From the NCBI GenBank assembly GCA_036172245.1, contig JAYWIR010000009.1:4154001-4218000 (forward strand): a DNA stretch of 64,000 nucleotides. Reading direction: 5' to 3'. This document shows positions 1 to 12,733 of this stretch, in pieces (within the stretch, counting starts at the first letter, position 1; each line of letters begins with the position of its first letter). The translations under genes and the position numbers were made by a program. The stretch comes from Raillietiella orientalis (lineage: Eukaryota). The notes below the pieces were generated by a model. The model saw only the letters and a program-made list of their open reading frames with translations. It was not told where the DNA came from and did no database searches.

Positions 1-3000
1 TAACTGAAAAGTTTCGAGATAAACAGCAATAGAAAAATTAAGAATACAGACAAATATAAATACTCATGGAAACAACATCACTACTGCTGGAATAATTTAA
101 TAATCAGATGCAATAGAGCATTCTGTTCTGGATCTTCATTACAAAATAAATAAAAACATAGCATCTACAATAATACATTATATCAGTGAATTCACACAGT
201 CAACTTTCTACAAATAGCATACTGAAATGTAGTTCAGCTGCAAAACCTGTTTTTATTTTAACCTCATTCAAAAAAATATGATCTATTTACTCATTTTCAG
301 AAACGATTCCTTGATCTTGTATCATGACTTTCCAAGCATTTTCCTTATGCCCTTAACAAATATTATCTCACAATGCTTTGTTTCTTTTGTTCAGGATTAA
401 TTTGTATCATTAAAGGAAACAGAAAAAATAAATAACAAAATTATAGTATTTGTATCCACCAACAAGGCAGTTTTGAATGACATCTTTTTTTCATTCATTC
501 AACATTTCAGTACAACATAGTAAAAACAGAACATATCAAATAGAAAAAAATGAGTAATGTACACACATTATAGAGGCATCAAAAAAACTAGTTACTAAAA
601 TGTCGAACAGTTGTATTAGAAAGAAAACGTATCTACTCTCTAACATAAAAATGAACATGAAGAAAATAACCAAATGAACATTACCAAAATAAGTCATTTC
701 TACATAATGTCAAATTGGCATATGGTCAGGCAGCTTTTTCAGTCACACTGCTTTGACTCCAGATGAACAGTAAGAACATCCATTTTGCAGAGCTTACGTA
801 TCCCTACAAAACAGTAGATTTGTTTAAGTTTTATGCATGTATCAAGCCAAGAAAATTTTATCAGTACAGTGTTTTTTAAAAATTAAAGGATTGCTTCATA
901 TCTGATGCCTGCTTATATTTGATGAGCATATTTTTTTTCGCTGATTACATTATGCTGAAAGTTTGCAACTACTAAATACAAGTACTGAATACAAATATAA
1001 CTTTAAAATTGTAAAAGCATCTCTGTGAGCAAAAATCACCTGTTAAATCTGAAATACAATGACAAAAATAGATTAAAAAGCATTTGCACTGAACATCTTG
1101 CAACTGCAAAGTACTTGAAAATTTCTATTGGATTCAAAATTCAGATTATTTCTATTTATAAAACTCGAAAACAAATAGTAAGTGAAATAACATATAGTCT
1201 ACATATATAATGTATATTCTACAGAAGACAGACACTTCAAAATTTAGTAAATGTACTTTCACATATTTCAAATTAATGAACACAAATCATACAGAACGTG
1301 AATGAAATGGAAAACAGAAATACTTCAGTAAAAAATACTTATACAAGCTACTTTCAAAACAGTGGATCACCTTAAGTAACGATTATATTGTGAACTTTCA
1401 TTTATGGAATTCCTCATCTTTGTTTATACTAACACTTCCCCAAAAACTCGAAAAATCCTATAAAAAAAAAATGATCTTGCACAGTTACTTAGAAAACTTA
1501 AATGTGTCTTTCAAATAAAATGTTTCCCACTTTATACATGTCATATCATGTCACCAGCAGGTTCACATGAAGCTTTCAAGTACGTATAAATATGCTTTCT
1601 AAAATGTAGCTTGAAATTTGTAGCAAACAATGTTTCCAAAAATGAACAACTTCTTGAGATTTAGTCAATAATGATATTACATAAAAAAGATTTAAAATCT
1701 TCCAAACCACTTTTTTCTTTTGATGAAATTACTCATTACCAGAGCAATCATTGTAATTTCGTTTCAGTCTACAGATTTTTTAGAAAAAGATTTTAATTTT
1801 TTGTACACTCTTTGCATCAACAACAAAAATAAACATAAAAGACGGAATTAATTGAAACTACAATGAATGAATGTTAATCAGAATTTACCACCTCTCAAGC
1901 AGACAGAAAATACATCGATGGAAAATTCTTACGATTGCTAAAATACTTTAGAACAATAAAAATTCTTCAATTACAAAACAAAAATTCGATAAAATTAAAG
2001 CATGATATAGAACTGGCATATTGCTTAATATGAAAGGCATAAGCAGTGCCTGGAAAAAATGAGATTTTAAAATACATGGAATGTTTTCATGACCACTGAA
2101 TACAAATTGCTGTACAGGAATTAAAGTACAACAATCAATCAAATTAAAAGTACTATTGAAAGAACAATATATGAGAATGCAACTGCTAATTGGTGAATGC
2201 CAGATCAATAGGTACATTGCATGAAAATATGAATAGCACCAAAGTAATGCAAAAGCAAGCATAAGAAAAGAATACACCATTTTAAACCCTGAGTTAGTAA
2301 AAATGAAGACCCTTAAAGGATCCATGTGTCCTAATTATTTTCAAATAAATAAATGTGTAGGAAATGAGAAAGCTTAAACCATCATTTATTATGTACCGAT
2401 GGTAAAATCATTATACTTTGAACTTTTTTGATTGATGTATTTAAGTTACCCATAGTGAAAACAGTTAAGTATTTCTTGCTTTTGATACAACGTGCTAGTC
2501 TACAAAGATCACTGGCTTTCAAAACAAATAAAACAAATCGTCTTTGACAAAAACTTGGGCTATTCTCAATTAAGAAAGGCCTTTCTAAAATAAAATGTAT
2601 CTTAAGAAAGCTTGTGCAGAAAACCATGTGAATTATACACAGATACACTTCTAAACCTATGCACACCTCATAAGCTTATGAGAACTTTCGAATAGATTTC
2701 AGATTAACTAGACGTTTACTTAGTTTTACTTATCTATTTATTTTCAAGCATTTTCCAGTCTATAGGTGCTTACTACATGGCTGAACTAGTACATTTCCGT
2801 GGGCGAAACTGCATTACAGCAATGCTTTGATCGATAAAAAGTTTCGCTCTTTACCTAATAATAGATTGACTATATCCTACTTTGTGAAACGAAGTGCATG
2901 TATGTATCACACTTAAAAGTTTACTAATGAAACGTGGCTCCATAAGAAAATTCCAACAAACTTAAAACAAAAACATTTGACACATATCGTTATACAAGTA

Positions 3001-3067
3001 CATATTCATGTGAATAGGGTTTGACTTTAAGTTTCAATAGTTTCAAAATCCTGGATAAGTTACTTGC

Positions 3068-4459
3068 CAGCACTCTGCATATCCATTTTAGTATTGAAAA
3101 TAAAACATTGTTTTGTCCATGATATTTTTTTCTCCTGGCTGCATCTACTAGACGTAACAGCAGAAAACACAGAGCTCCCAACTCTTATATTTCTTCGTTC
3201 GCATCAAGAACAACCATTTAAAACAAATATCCTTCAAATTGTGCACCACTATTAAAAGCTACGTGCTTAGTATTAGCAGCAATTTTTTTCATGAATTTTT
3301 ATGATGATAAGAGATCTTCAGGATGCCTTCACTTATTCTTGAAATGCTGTGTAAAGGATACACACCAACCATCTCTAATGAATAGTCATGTGTAGATCTA
3401 AAGAAAGTATTCATGTTGCTTCCAGGAAGCACTCTCTCAATGGAGCCTCTGAATTATATACCTAATAAAGCGTAGATAGAAAATGAAAATAACATTAAAA
3501 ATTGCCTTACAGAAGATATAGAGAAAAGATTTACTGAACGATAAAAGAACTTAACCAGGGCTTATGACTGAAACATCAATGCACTGGTTTCACGAGAGCA
3601 AATACAAAGAAAGGAGTAAAAACTTAGAAGAGAAAAATTTGTGACCTTATTTTAAGAATATGGATCGAGAATATCAATATACTAGAATATCCTAAGTTTA
3701 ATCGAAAGTAAGCATGCATTACTCTTGCAAAAACATTACAAATTGTTGAATTGTAAACCACAAAAGAGCATTACTAATTAATTAGTGTCCATAGCGTTTT
3801 TCCTCTAATTCAATACTTTCGATCCTTTATGCATTTACTCGAACCACTGATCTCGATCTTTAAAACTTTTTGATCTTTCTGCATAACAGTTATTGTGTTT
3901 TCAGTATATATGAAACTTAAAACACTAAATTCCATAAGACTGCCATTGGTAACTGTTCTAAAATTGCAAAAATTGCTTAATTTATTCCTGAAGATTTAGA
4001 CAGCTACGTTTTTCGTTGGTAAACTCCAATTTATGATTTCACTGTAGCACGATCCAATTTCACGGATTGCTGCCTATTGTCCATTTTCCATTATGTTTAG
4101 ACCATTCCCTATTCATATTAAAATGATGTATTCCATAAAACGTATGGTATCTAATTAAGGAGTTTCCAAGTGGTCCGCTTCAGATCTTGTGTTCATCGTG
4201 GCAATTCAACAGTTTGTTCAACTCTTCATTAAACCAGTGCACTTGCGAATGCTTGGTTCGTGTGTGTTCCTATAAGGCTTGGTGCATTGGGCTGCATTTT
4301 ACTCCTGAATTTAATCCGAATAAAATTTAGTCTGAATACAACCCAAGAATTTTGCCTGAATTTTCCATCGAAGACTTCATTTTATGCCTCAATTTCTGTG
4401 CTTTCGTAGTGGATATTTGAACACTTTCATGCAACGTGAGGAACGGATACACTGATGAC
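3068..4459 (-). pseudogene. Probable degenerate bHLH-PAS transcription factor pseudogene (NPAS4/dysfusion- or AhR-like)
   Basis: Manual minus-strand translation gives fragments in the expected domain order: bHLH-like WFNEELNKLL (4207-4236) and LDTIRFMEYII (~4122-4154); PAS-A-like LMEFSVLSFIYTEN (~3897-3938); PAS-B-like PLRECFLESNMNTFFRSTHDYSLEMVGV (~3362-3445), HPEDL (3311-3325) and CFLLLRLVDAA. The fragments are broken by stops and frameshifts. A canonical 49-nt intron remains at 3462-3510. Confidence 0.4.
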
Positions 4460-5351
4460 CTGTATGTTAAAATCATCTCTTGAACCTCTTTTAGCAAGGC
4501 AAGATTATGTCAGTTTGTATTGACTTTTTCGATACGTTTAGCCTTCCTTATGGAAATACATAAAATCACTTGAAATGTCTTCTTTTGGGTTCGTTCCCTC
4601 TCTTACTTACTTTTTGAGAATTTCCGCTGATAATTTGAGCTATTTCTATTACTTCAAACTTGGTCCAACTTGAAGTAAAAAAAAGATAAATTGAATATAT
4701 ATCCACCATAAATTGAATCGAACCATTCAATTTATGGTTCAATTCCAGCAGCTTCTTGAAATGAATCACTGTGTTTGAAAGTAGAAACCAATGATTAAAA
4801 AATATTTCTTGTGATTTGCCCAAAGTGGTAAGTCAAATGACCATAAACCATGTTTGAATTGACCATAAACCTATTCGCTTTTCATTTTGAGAAAGGCTTC
4901 AGTAACTTAGATATCCATTTTGAGAAAACAGCATTTATGGTTTTTGGATATTGTATGAAATATGATCAGTTTGGCATAGTCTACTAAAACTTTTAAGAAC
5001 GTATTCTATTCGTTTCCTTTGCTATTTCTCTAGATTTCATGAAAATTTGGGGATTTTCCATCAAGAACATGTAAATCTTAAGTATTCAAGTATATTTGAT
5101 TAAATGAATATGTATTGCAGATGGCCAAATTTCACTGACATAAACTCTACAAATTGAAGACAAATACATAATGAAACTTTAGCAACTGCCAGTCATTACT
5201 CATAACTTCCATGATGTGCACAGATATTAGTAAATTGAACCTACTGAAAGAAACTGCATCAATATCTTTAACTGTAATAAAATAATTCAAATTCGTGATT
5301 AAATGAAAATATATGCAAAAACTATGCATGAGTCCCCAAAGTTACAAACAA

Positions 5352-5357
5352 TTTATT
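5352..5357 (-). terminator. Candidate AATAAA poly(A) signal of PMPCB
   Basis: Minus-strand AATAAA about 95 nt after the stop codon. Confidence 0.5.
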
Positions 5358-5452
5358 ATTGTTTTAGTGAGATGAATTAAGCTTGCACAAATAAAGAAAA
5401 TTACATGATTTTTCATAGTCATATGCACATTTATTTAACAACTACTAAGAGT

Positions 5453-8165
5453 TCATAGATGCAACCAATACATTGAAGATCTTATTAGCATGTAGTCTGG
5501 TAGATTCTCAACAGGTCCTACAGCTGCTACAGCAGGGCATCGATTGTATACGTAATTAAAGCATACATCTCGTACTTCTTTTGCAGTGACAGCCTAGAAG
5601 AACAGATTACATTTACATGACAGTTTAAACAAACCTCAATTCTGGCATCAAGTTCATGTGGAGGAATTCTTCTTCCATAACAAAGAATCTGTCTTCCAAT
5701 ATCTTCACATATGGGAGTTGATCCATCAAGCTGAAGCAGCATATTCGTTCGAAGAAGATGTTTTGCCCTGTTGACTTCAAAATCAGTAACACTTGTACTT
5801 AGTCTCTTCCACTCTTGCTGAATGTTGGAAACTGTATCCTTTGTACATGCATTCAGTTTCATGCTCAAATTAATTGCAACCTACTTCTATTTGCAGTGGT
5901 TCGCATACAAAATAGACACCCCATAATCCAGTTTCCTTATAACATGTGTTAAAACCCTGAAAACTATGTGCAAGATTATTGCTGGCAATCTTTTCAGCTA
6001 ATCTGTTGCTCAGATTTCTTCCACCTCCAAAGGAACGATCCCAGTTACCAATAATTGTGCTTGCAACCATCAATGGAATATTATCAGCATTTGTCCATCC
6101 ACAACCTTCAACAGCAATCACAACATGTGCTAAAGGCATGGAGTCATCTCTGACACGTACTTCAGATCCTGGAAAAGTCAACACAGAAAGATAAAAAAAC
6201 ATCCACACAAACCAACCTGTGAACTTGCAAGCTTCAAGATTCTCAAAGCTATTAGTGATTTCATTATTTATGCCACTGAAATACCGTTCTGCTAGGTCTA
6301 CAAGCTGAGAATGATCTACACCTCCTGCAGCTGCCAGTACCATGCGAGATCCTTTATAATGATCCTGGATGTAATCAACTAAATCCTTTCTGGTAATGCT
6401 TCTATAAATAGATAATAAAGTCATTTTGGGTAACAATTAATGTACAAAGTGATACTTTATGTTTTTTGTTGGACCCAAAATTGTTCTTCCTAAGGAAGTA
6501 TTTTGAAAGGCAACCGAATGTAGATAGTCAAAGGATACTTCTTGTAAATTACTTTCCACTTCTTGCATCTCCCTAAGGATAACACTTCTTTCTCTTTCTA
6601 TTTCTAATTCCCCTTTTAAAAAATTTGGACAGAATTATGATGCAAATACTGCTTGAATTTACCAAATTTCGAGTTTTGTGTAATATCTGCGAGGATATCA
6701 ATTGCTTGAGAAATATCCTTTTTCATACATTTGGCATAAAAAACTGTTTGCTCCCGTGATGTATATGCATTTAAATGAGCACCAAGATTTTCAACTTCCA
6801 TTTCTAGAGCCATCTGAGTTCTATTTTGAGTGCCCTGGGATACAGAAATACATTTAATGCTTTTCCTTCATTGGATGTCTATCTAATTATGTTTTATAAT
6901 GAAACTTTTTTTTAATAACAGTAACCCAACCTTGAATGCCATATGTTCCAAAAAGTGAGCAACTCCATTATTTTTTTCATTTTCAAATCGAGAACCTGTG
7001 TCAATCCATAGGCCCACAGTAGCTGTTGGGATTCCTGAATCTTCAGTTGCAATACGGAAACCATTATCCAAAACTGTGAGGTGAGTTTCTGGGTAATTTA
7101 ATAAACACTTTTCCACTGACGTTTGGCTTCCTCTCTATTTTACAATATTCTATTGATAATCATAATAAAGCACTTCTCAAACATACATGATAACACAAAC
7201 CAACAAACTTTATTCATTCATTAGTTAATTTCAAGCAAACCGAATTATGACACTTTATGAAAACTTTCTATAAGTAACAGGTGGGAAAAAATTTCATAGA
7301 TGAATAGCAAGAAATGTTACGTTGCAGCAGGAATCTAATGAGACAATAAATGGGTCAATAGGTTACGGGTATGGAGGATACTGAAGCTCTGTCTGTATGT
7401 GGGATGCAGGTGATGAGTCCAATGTATCAAAATAGTAAGATCTAAAGTACTGTAGATCTTTCAGAGTCTGTACAATGATTTTACTGGGACTAGGGGAAAT
7501 GGAGAAAGCCCTATTGAGACAGTTAACAAAAAACACATTTTTTTCCTTGTTACAGAGATCACGTACCACGTATTGTTACTAAAGATTGGATGCAATAACA
7601 TCGAATAGAATACATACTAATGAAGAGATCTTAATGATGCAAAACTTAGCAGTCCAAGTATGAATCATCGATGCTGACAGCACATAGCACACCTGTAAGC
7701 ACCGATGGCTGACTAGTAATTATTGCAATAATTTAACTGGCCTACATTATTTACTTATTTATTGCATGATTTGATTTTAGGCCCGCAACAAACAATTTGC
7801 ATTTATTTGCGCGCACGATTTCGTTCGCATGAAGGTATGAATAAACATCACTGAATGTCCACAGGGAATCCAGCAGTTTCAGTTCTGGATCAAAAGGCAT
7901 TTTTGACATTTAGTCATGAATCACGGAAGCACAACTTCAAGGTATAAAATCGACAAGAAATGCGTCACATCTTCAGAAGCCACACTGGTATTTGCGTAGG
8001 AATAAAACATTCAAGCACACTGTTATTTCATAAAAAAAAAAAAAAAGATTGTCAGGATTCCTCTCACGCTACTAGAATATCGAAGAAAACTACCGTTAAC
8101 GACCGCAAACAAAACGGTGCGTTGTGTAAGTTGAACAACTTGGGGAGACGCATCCACTTAGACAT
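5453..8165 (-). CDS. PMPCB: Mitochondrial processing peptidase beta subunit (M16 family; also related to complex III core protein 1)
   Basis: Exons 8094-8165 ([24 protein letters not shown], a basic presequence with no acidic residues), 6931-7134, 6663-6834, 6456-6612, 6217-6401, 5885-6168, 5635-5838 and 5453-5593. All junctions are GT-AG and phase-compatible. The inverted zinc motif [14 protein letters not shown] is intact, with [10 protein letters not shown] and [14 protein letters not shown], ending SSMYWLHL*. Confidence 0.95.
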
Positions 8166-9604
8166 AACTTCGCCGCTACACGAGCAACACTATTTCTTAT
8201 ACATCTGCCATTCAGAATTGCCAACAACGTATGAAAACTTGAAAAGTCCAAGATGAACAAGCATTTGTTTCAAATGCTAAAAACTAAGAAAAATCCATCG
8301 CGCTATAGGATTAGCATGCGATGATTCACATCTTCCATCGGTTGTCGAACATCGATTTATTCTTCATATTTTCGTTATCTTATGAGTTTCATCTGAATGT
8401 TTCGAAAAATTTTCTTTATATTTTTCTAAGCTACTATTAACCATACCAATCCCAAACCCTAAACCTCACAAAAAAAAAATTCCACTAAAAAGCAGTCAAA
8501 AAAGCACTTCAGTTACAAACTCACTGCGTATCTTTAGATTACACGCGCAAAGCAAACATAAATGGATTATACGATGAATAAATAATGTGTGTAAGTCATG
8601 CAAATACTGAATTTTCTTTTTATAATGGTTTTCCAAAAGAAATGCATATTGATAACTTAATCCAGTTGTTTCAAGTGTGTAAATTTTCTTCCCTCATTGG
8701 TATTGTATCGGATTTCAGGAAACAGTCTGCATGATTTTACCGTTACTTTATTAGTTTTTACAAAATTCTGTTTTCGGAATTCAGTAATCTATAGAGTTTT
8801 GCATTTTGAAAGGTGTGAAGCGACTTGCTAAAGTTTTCATAATAGAAAGTTATTTTTCATTAATTGTGCAGCTGTACCGTACAATATGTTTTGAAATCAT
8901 AATACGTGAATGTAAGTATATATAATATTCGTAGAGGCCGAAGTTCTGTTATCAGACTTCTATAGCTTCCATTGAAATTATGATAGTACTTTCTGATTCT
9001 GATGCCATATCATTCTCAAAAGTGAGAATAAAAAAGTTTTTCTGGAGAATGTGAGCTTGACTCGACTACAAGTATCGAATAATCATTTGAAAACCTTAGG
9101 GAAAAAAGTTAGTTAATCATTGAAAGTTTATGTATGAAAGACAATACTAATGTTTAGACTTTTTAATAGTCACACAACATAAGCTTAAGAAGAACACCTC
9201 CGCATCTTCCCTATAATCAGATTTACTTTGCGAATCTAACCGTAGATGAACAAAATGATTTTTTATCGGATAAATTTATTTTGTTTTAAAAGAAAAGGAA
9301 ATTTATGTACCGAACACTTTGTATGCTATTATTATAGTGATCATGAATATCGTGCCGCTTATTATAAGTTTATTTATTCATTATAAGTTGGGAATGTATC
9401 CTTGAATATTATGCAATGTATTTCGAATAAAATTCTTTATTTTTTTACCCGATATTCTGTTTTATTTTACCTGAAATGATTAAATTTTGTAGGATATCCA
9501 CTTGCTATTGAAATTTTGGGATGTCGTGAGACAGATTGCTACTCTGAAATGTCCAAGCATGTGTGGTTTCCATGTACGATGATCTGTGCCAAAAAGGATT
9601 AGAC
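8166..9604. promoter_or_regulatory. Divergent promoter/5'UTR interval shared by PMPCB and TSR1
   Basis: Head-to-head ATGs at 8165 (-) and 9605 (+). CpG is locally retained near 8050-8400. A 5'UTR acceptor-like ttttgtag sits at ~9492. Confidence 0.5.
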
Positions 9605-12600
9605 ATGCAGTTTGCACATCGAAGTGGTTTGTTCAAACAGAAAAATAAGGCCCATAAAAGTGGAAGACACAGAACTAAAGGCGAAATCAGCAGAGAAGCA
9701 AAAGGTAGCTTTTGAATCATGAAACGGTTATGATTTTTAAGGTTGATCCTTCGGTATTTCAATGTTGAGCTTAGCATTTTCTGAACGCTGAAAGACTAAA
9801 TGCGTCCTGTTGCCTCAAATAAGGTGTGTACTTCAAATAAAGGTCAACGTTTTGTAGCCCTAATGATGCATTTCGTAATTCCACAAGGATTGTATTCCTT
9901 GCATATTTGAGTATGTTATTTCATCAAGCGCTGCTTTGGACGTACGTCGGGATTCCTTTAGAGTTCAGAAACCGTGTTTGAAAATGCGCATGCAAATAAA
10001 ACATTGGAACTATGTTTATAAATGAATGTTTGTTAATTAATTGGGGCTCATGATTGCTTACTTAATGATTGTTTTTTTTCTTCTAGGGAAAATTCAAAAA
10101 ATAGCAAGTGGTGGAAAGAATGCCCAAGTACTTAGAAGGCATCAGCGTAAAAATCAGCTTAAACAGTTGAGAGAGAAAAAGCAACAGAATAGTTTGAAAA
10201 CTAAAAAGCAGCTAGGTTTCACAAATGCCCCTCCTATTCTTGTTTCTGTCATTTCCTTTAGTAAATTGTTTAACATGAAAGATTTTATGAAAAGTATATT
10301 AGAATGTGAGGAGGTAATTGAAGTCACCTCAACAGAGCACCACCATTTTCGTGTTTAGTAAGATAATGAGAGGATCTTTGTATTTAAGGAAAATTCGTTT
10401 TTCTTCCCCAGTTGTTCCAAATTGAAACAGAAATTTATGTTTTTTAATCCATTATTTCACAATGTTAGTTCAATATTGGAAACTACAAAAGTTGCAGATA
10501 AACTTATATTCATATTTGCAAAGGAATTAGATTTTGACACAGAAGTCATGACTGCAATTCTTGCTCAAGGATTACCATCTGCCATTCACTTTTTTCAGTA
10601 TTCTGCTGATCTAACTTTAGCAAAGGTATGTATTACATGGTATCATTTGAAGTATTCAGTACTTTAGTATGCTTCTCAATTGAAATTATTTTTTAAACCA
10701 CGACTGCAAATTTTAGTTTGAAAATGAAGCTAAGAAAAATATTCAGAAGGAGTTAGAAAGGTACTTTCCAAAGCCTAAATTATTAAGTCTTGATGAACAC
10801 ACAAAGTTGAACTTCCTTATTCGTCATCTTGGTATGAGTACTAAATTGGATAAAGAATCTTTATTGGCGTTGTTTCTACTTAGGCTTGCAAAAGCAAAGA
10901 ACAGTATTATCTCGTGATCAAAGATTTTATATGTTGGCGGAAAATATAGACTTTGTGTCTTCTTCAGAGGTTAGTGTACTTGCACTTCATGGAAACATAT
11001 ATATCTAAGATCAGGATGTTGTTACAATGCAAGTGACAGGATACATCCGAGGATCATCATTCTCACCCAATCATTTGGTGTACATTCAAGGCTGGGGTAG
11101 TTTCCAAGTGCAGAAAGTGGAAAGTGCAGTGTCATCATTCATGTACTTTGAAGATCAGCCTGTGCCTGAAGCAGGAATGGTTCTTGGGGAACTAGATGCT
11201 CAACAGCTGGTATTTCAAAAGTTTGTTATCATGGATGGACTTTTGTCCCTCTTAGGAAACACTGAACCATGAAACTGATATTGACTCAATGATTGAAAAC
11301 ATAGGACCTCCTGTCCAGAAATCCAATATGGGTAAGCAGCACTCTTTGAATTGTGCATTAAATTAGCTATTCAGAGATTTACGTGGATTTCATTTGCAGC
11401 TGAGAGTTTGTTGAACAGTGAGCTGCAACATAGTGTGGAAGTAGACATGGATGAAAGTGGTTGTGATCCACGTCAAAATGTTGACAGGCATTCTGAAAGT
11501 GCGGAAATTGAAATGGACGAAAAAGATGAAAACTATGATGAAAATATGGATTTTCCTGAAGACATCGAAACACTGAAAACGCTTAGAGGTGTGTGCTAAC
11601 AGTTAGTGATGTACATGATCTTCATAAGCACTTACAGATGCTAGGGAAGATAAAATGTTTCCTGATGAAGTAGATACACCATTGGATATTGCTGCAAAAA
11701 TTCGATTCCAAAAGTATAAAACATGGAAAACCTTTTGCAACACTGTAGACTCTCCAGAACATTTTCCTATTGAATACAAACGCATTGTACAGTTCAGCAA
11801 CCTTAAACAAACAAAGCAGACAGTGTTATCAGAATGTACCAAATCTATTAAGGTAAATGAAAGAATGCTTGAAATTCTATGCATTATGCACCAGGTGGGA
11901 TCCTATGTAACTCTGCATTTATGTAGCATACCTAAAGTCTTATGTGATAACTTTCAACTTGAAAAACAGTTGATTGTTTTTGGTATGCTTCCTCATGAAC
12001 AGAAAATGAGTGTTTGTAATTTTGTACTCAAAAGAAGTGGTGAAAGCATGCATCCAATAAAAAGTGGAGAAAGATTGTTATTCCATGTGGGTTATCGATG
12101 GTTCACTGCTTGTCCAGTCTTCAGCCAACATTCACAAGGGGAGACACACAAAGTAAGTGCACGTCTATTAAAGTGATACTTATATTTCACATGCAGATGG
12201 AGCGCTATTTCCATCCAGCAAGCATTGTTGTAGCATCTATCTATTGTCCAGTCATTTTTCCTCCTGCCAATGTGTTGGTATTTCAACAGCACACCAATGG
12301 AAAAAATGCAAGTATTTGGAAAAACAAACAAAAACAACAATTCTCCTAGGTATTAGTGGCTTCTGGATCCTTGTTGTCTGTTGATCCAAATCGTATTGTT
12401 GTGAAGCGGACTGTGCTTACTGGTCATCCTTTCAAAATATATAAACACAGTGCCATCATTAGATATATGTTTTTTAACCGTGAGGACGTATTGTGGTTTA
12501 AACCAGCTGAATTGAGAACCAAATATGGAAGGAAAGGCCACATCAAAGAAGCATTAGGTAAATAAGTTGTTTTCAGGAATCATATTTTTAACTATTGCTG

Positions 12601-12729
12601 TAAGGTACACATGGGCATATGAAATGCATATTTGATGGACCAATCAATTCAAATGATACTGTTTTATTATTTTTGTACAAACGAGTGTTTCCAAAGTGGA
12701 CATTTGATCCATTGGTTTGTCATAAATAA
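9605..12729 (+). CDS. TSR1: Pre-rRNA processing protein TSR1 (40S biogenesis factor, BMS1/TSR1 family)
   Basis: Starts [26 protein letters not shown] (exon 9605-9704). Contains AQGLP, VTGYIRG...[34 protein letters not shown] and [15 protein letters not shown]...[21 protein letters not shown]. The last exon (12605-12729) ends [17 protein letters not shown]. Most introns are 42-95 nt. Confidence 0.95.
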
Positions 12730-12733
12730 ATTC

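Noticed and set aside
3353..3361. Minus-strand GTATCCTTT matching a U12 5' splice site
   Set aside because: No TCCTTAAC-type branch site found downstream, and PAS-like coding remnants (HPEDL) continue just after it, so it is probably chance.
9705..10086. Possible intronic snoRNA in TSR1 intron 1 (also checked the POLR1A intron at ~52870-53260)
   Set aside because: No exact C box/D box pair with a terminal stem could be identified by eye; this needs a cmscan or snoscan run.
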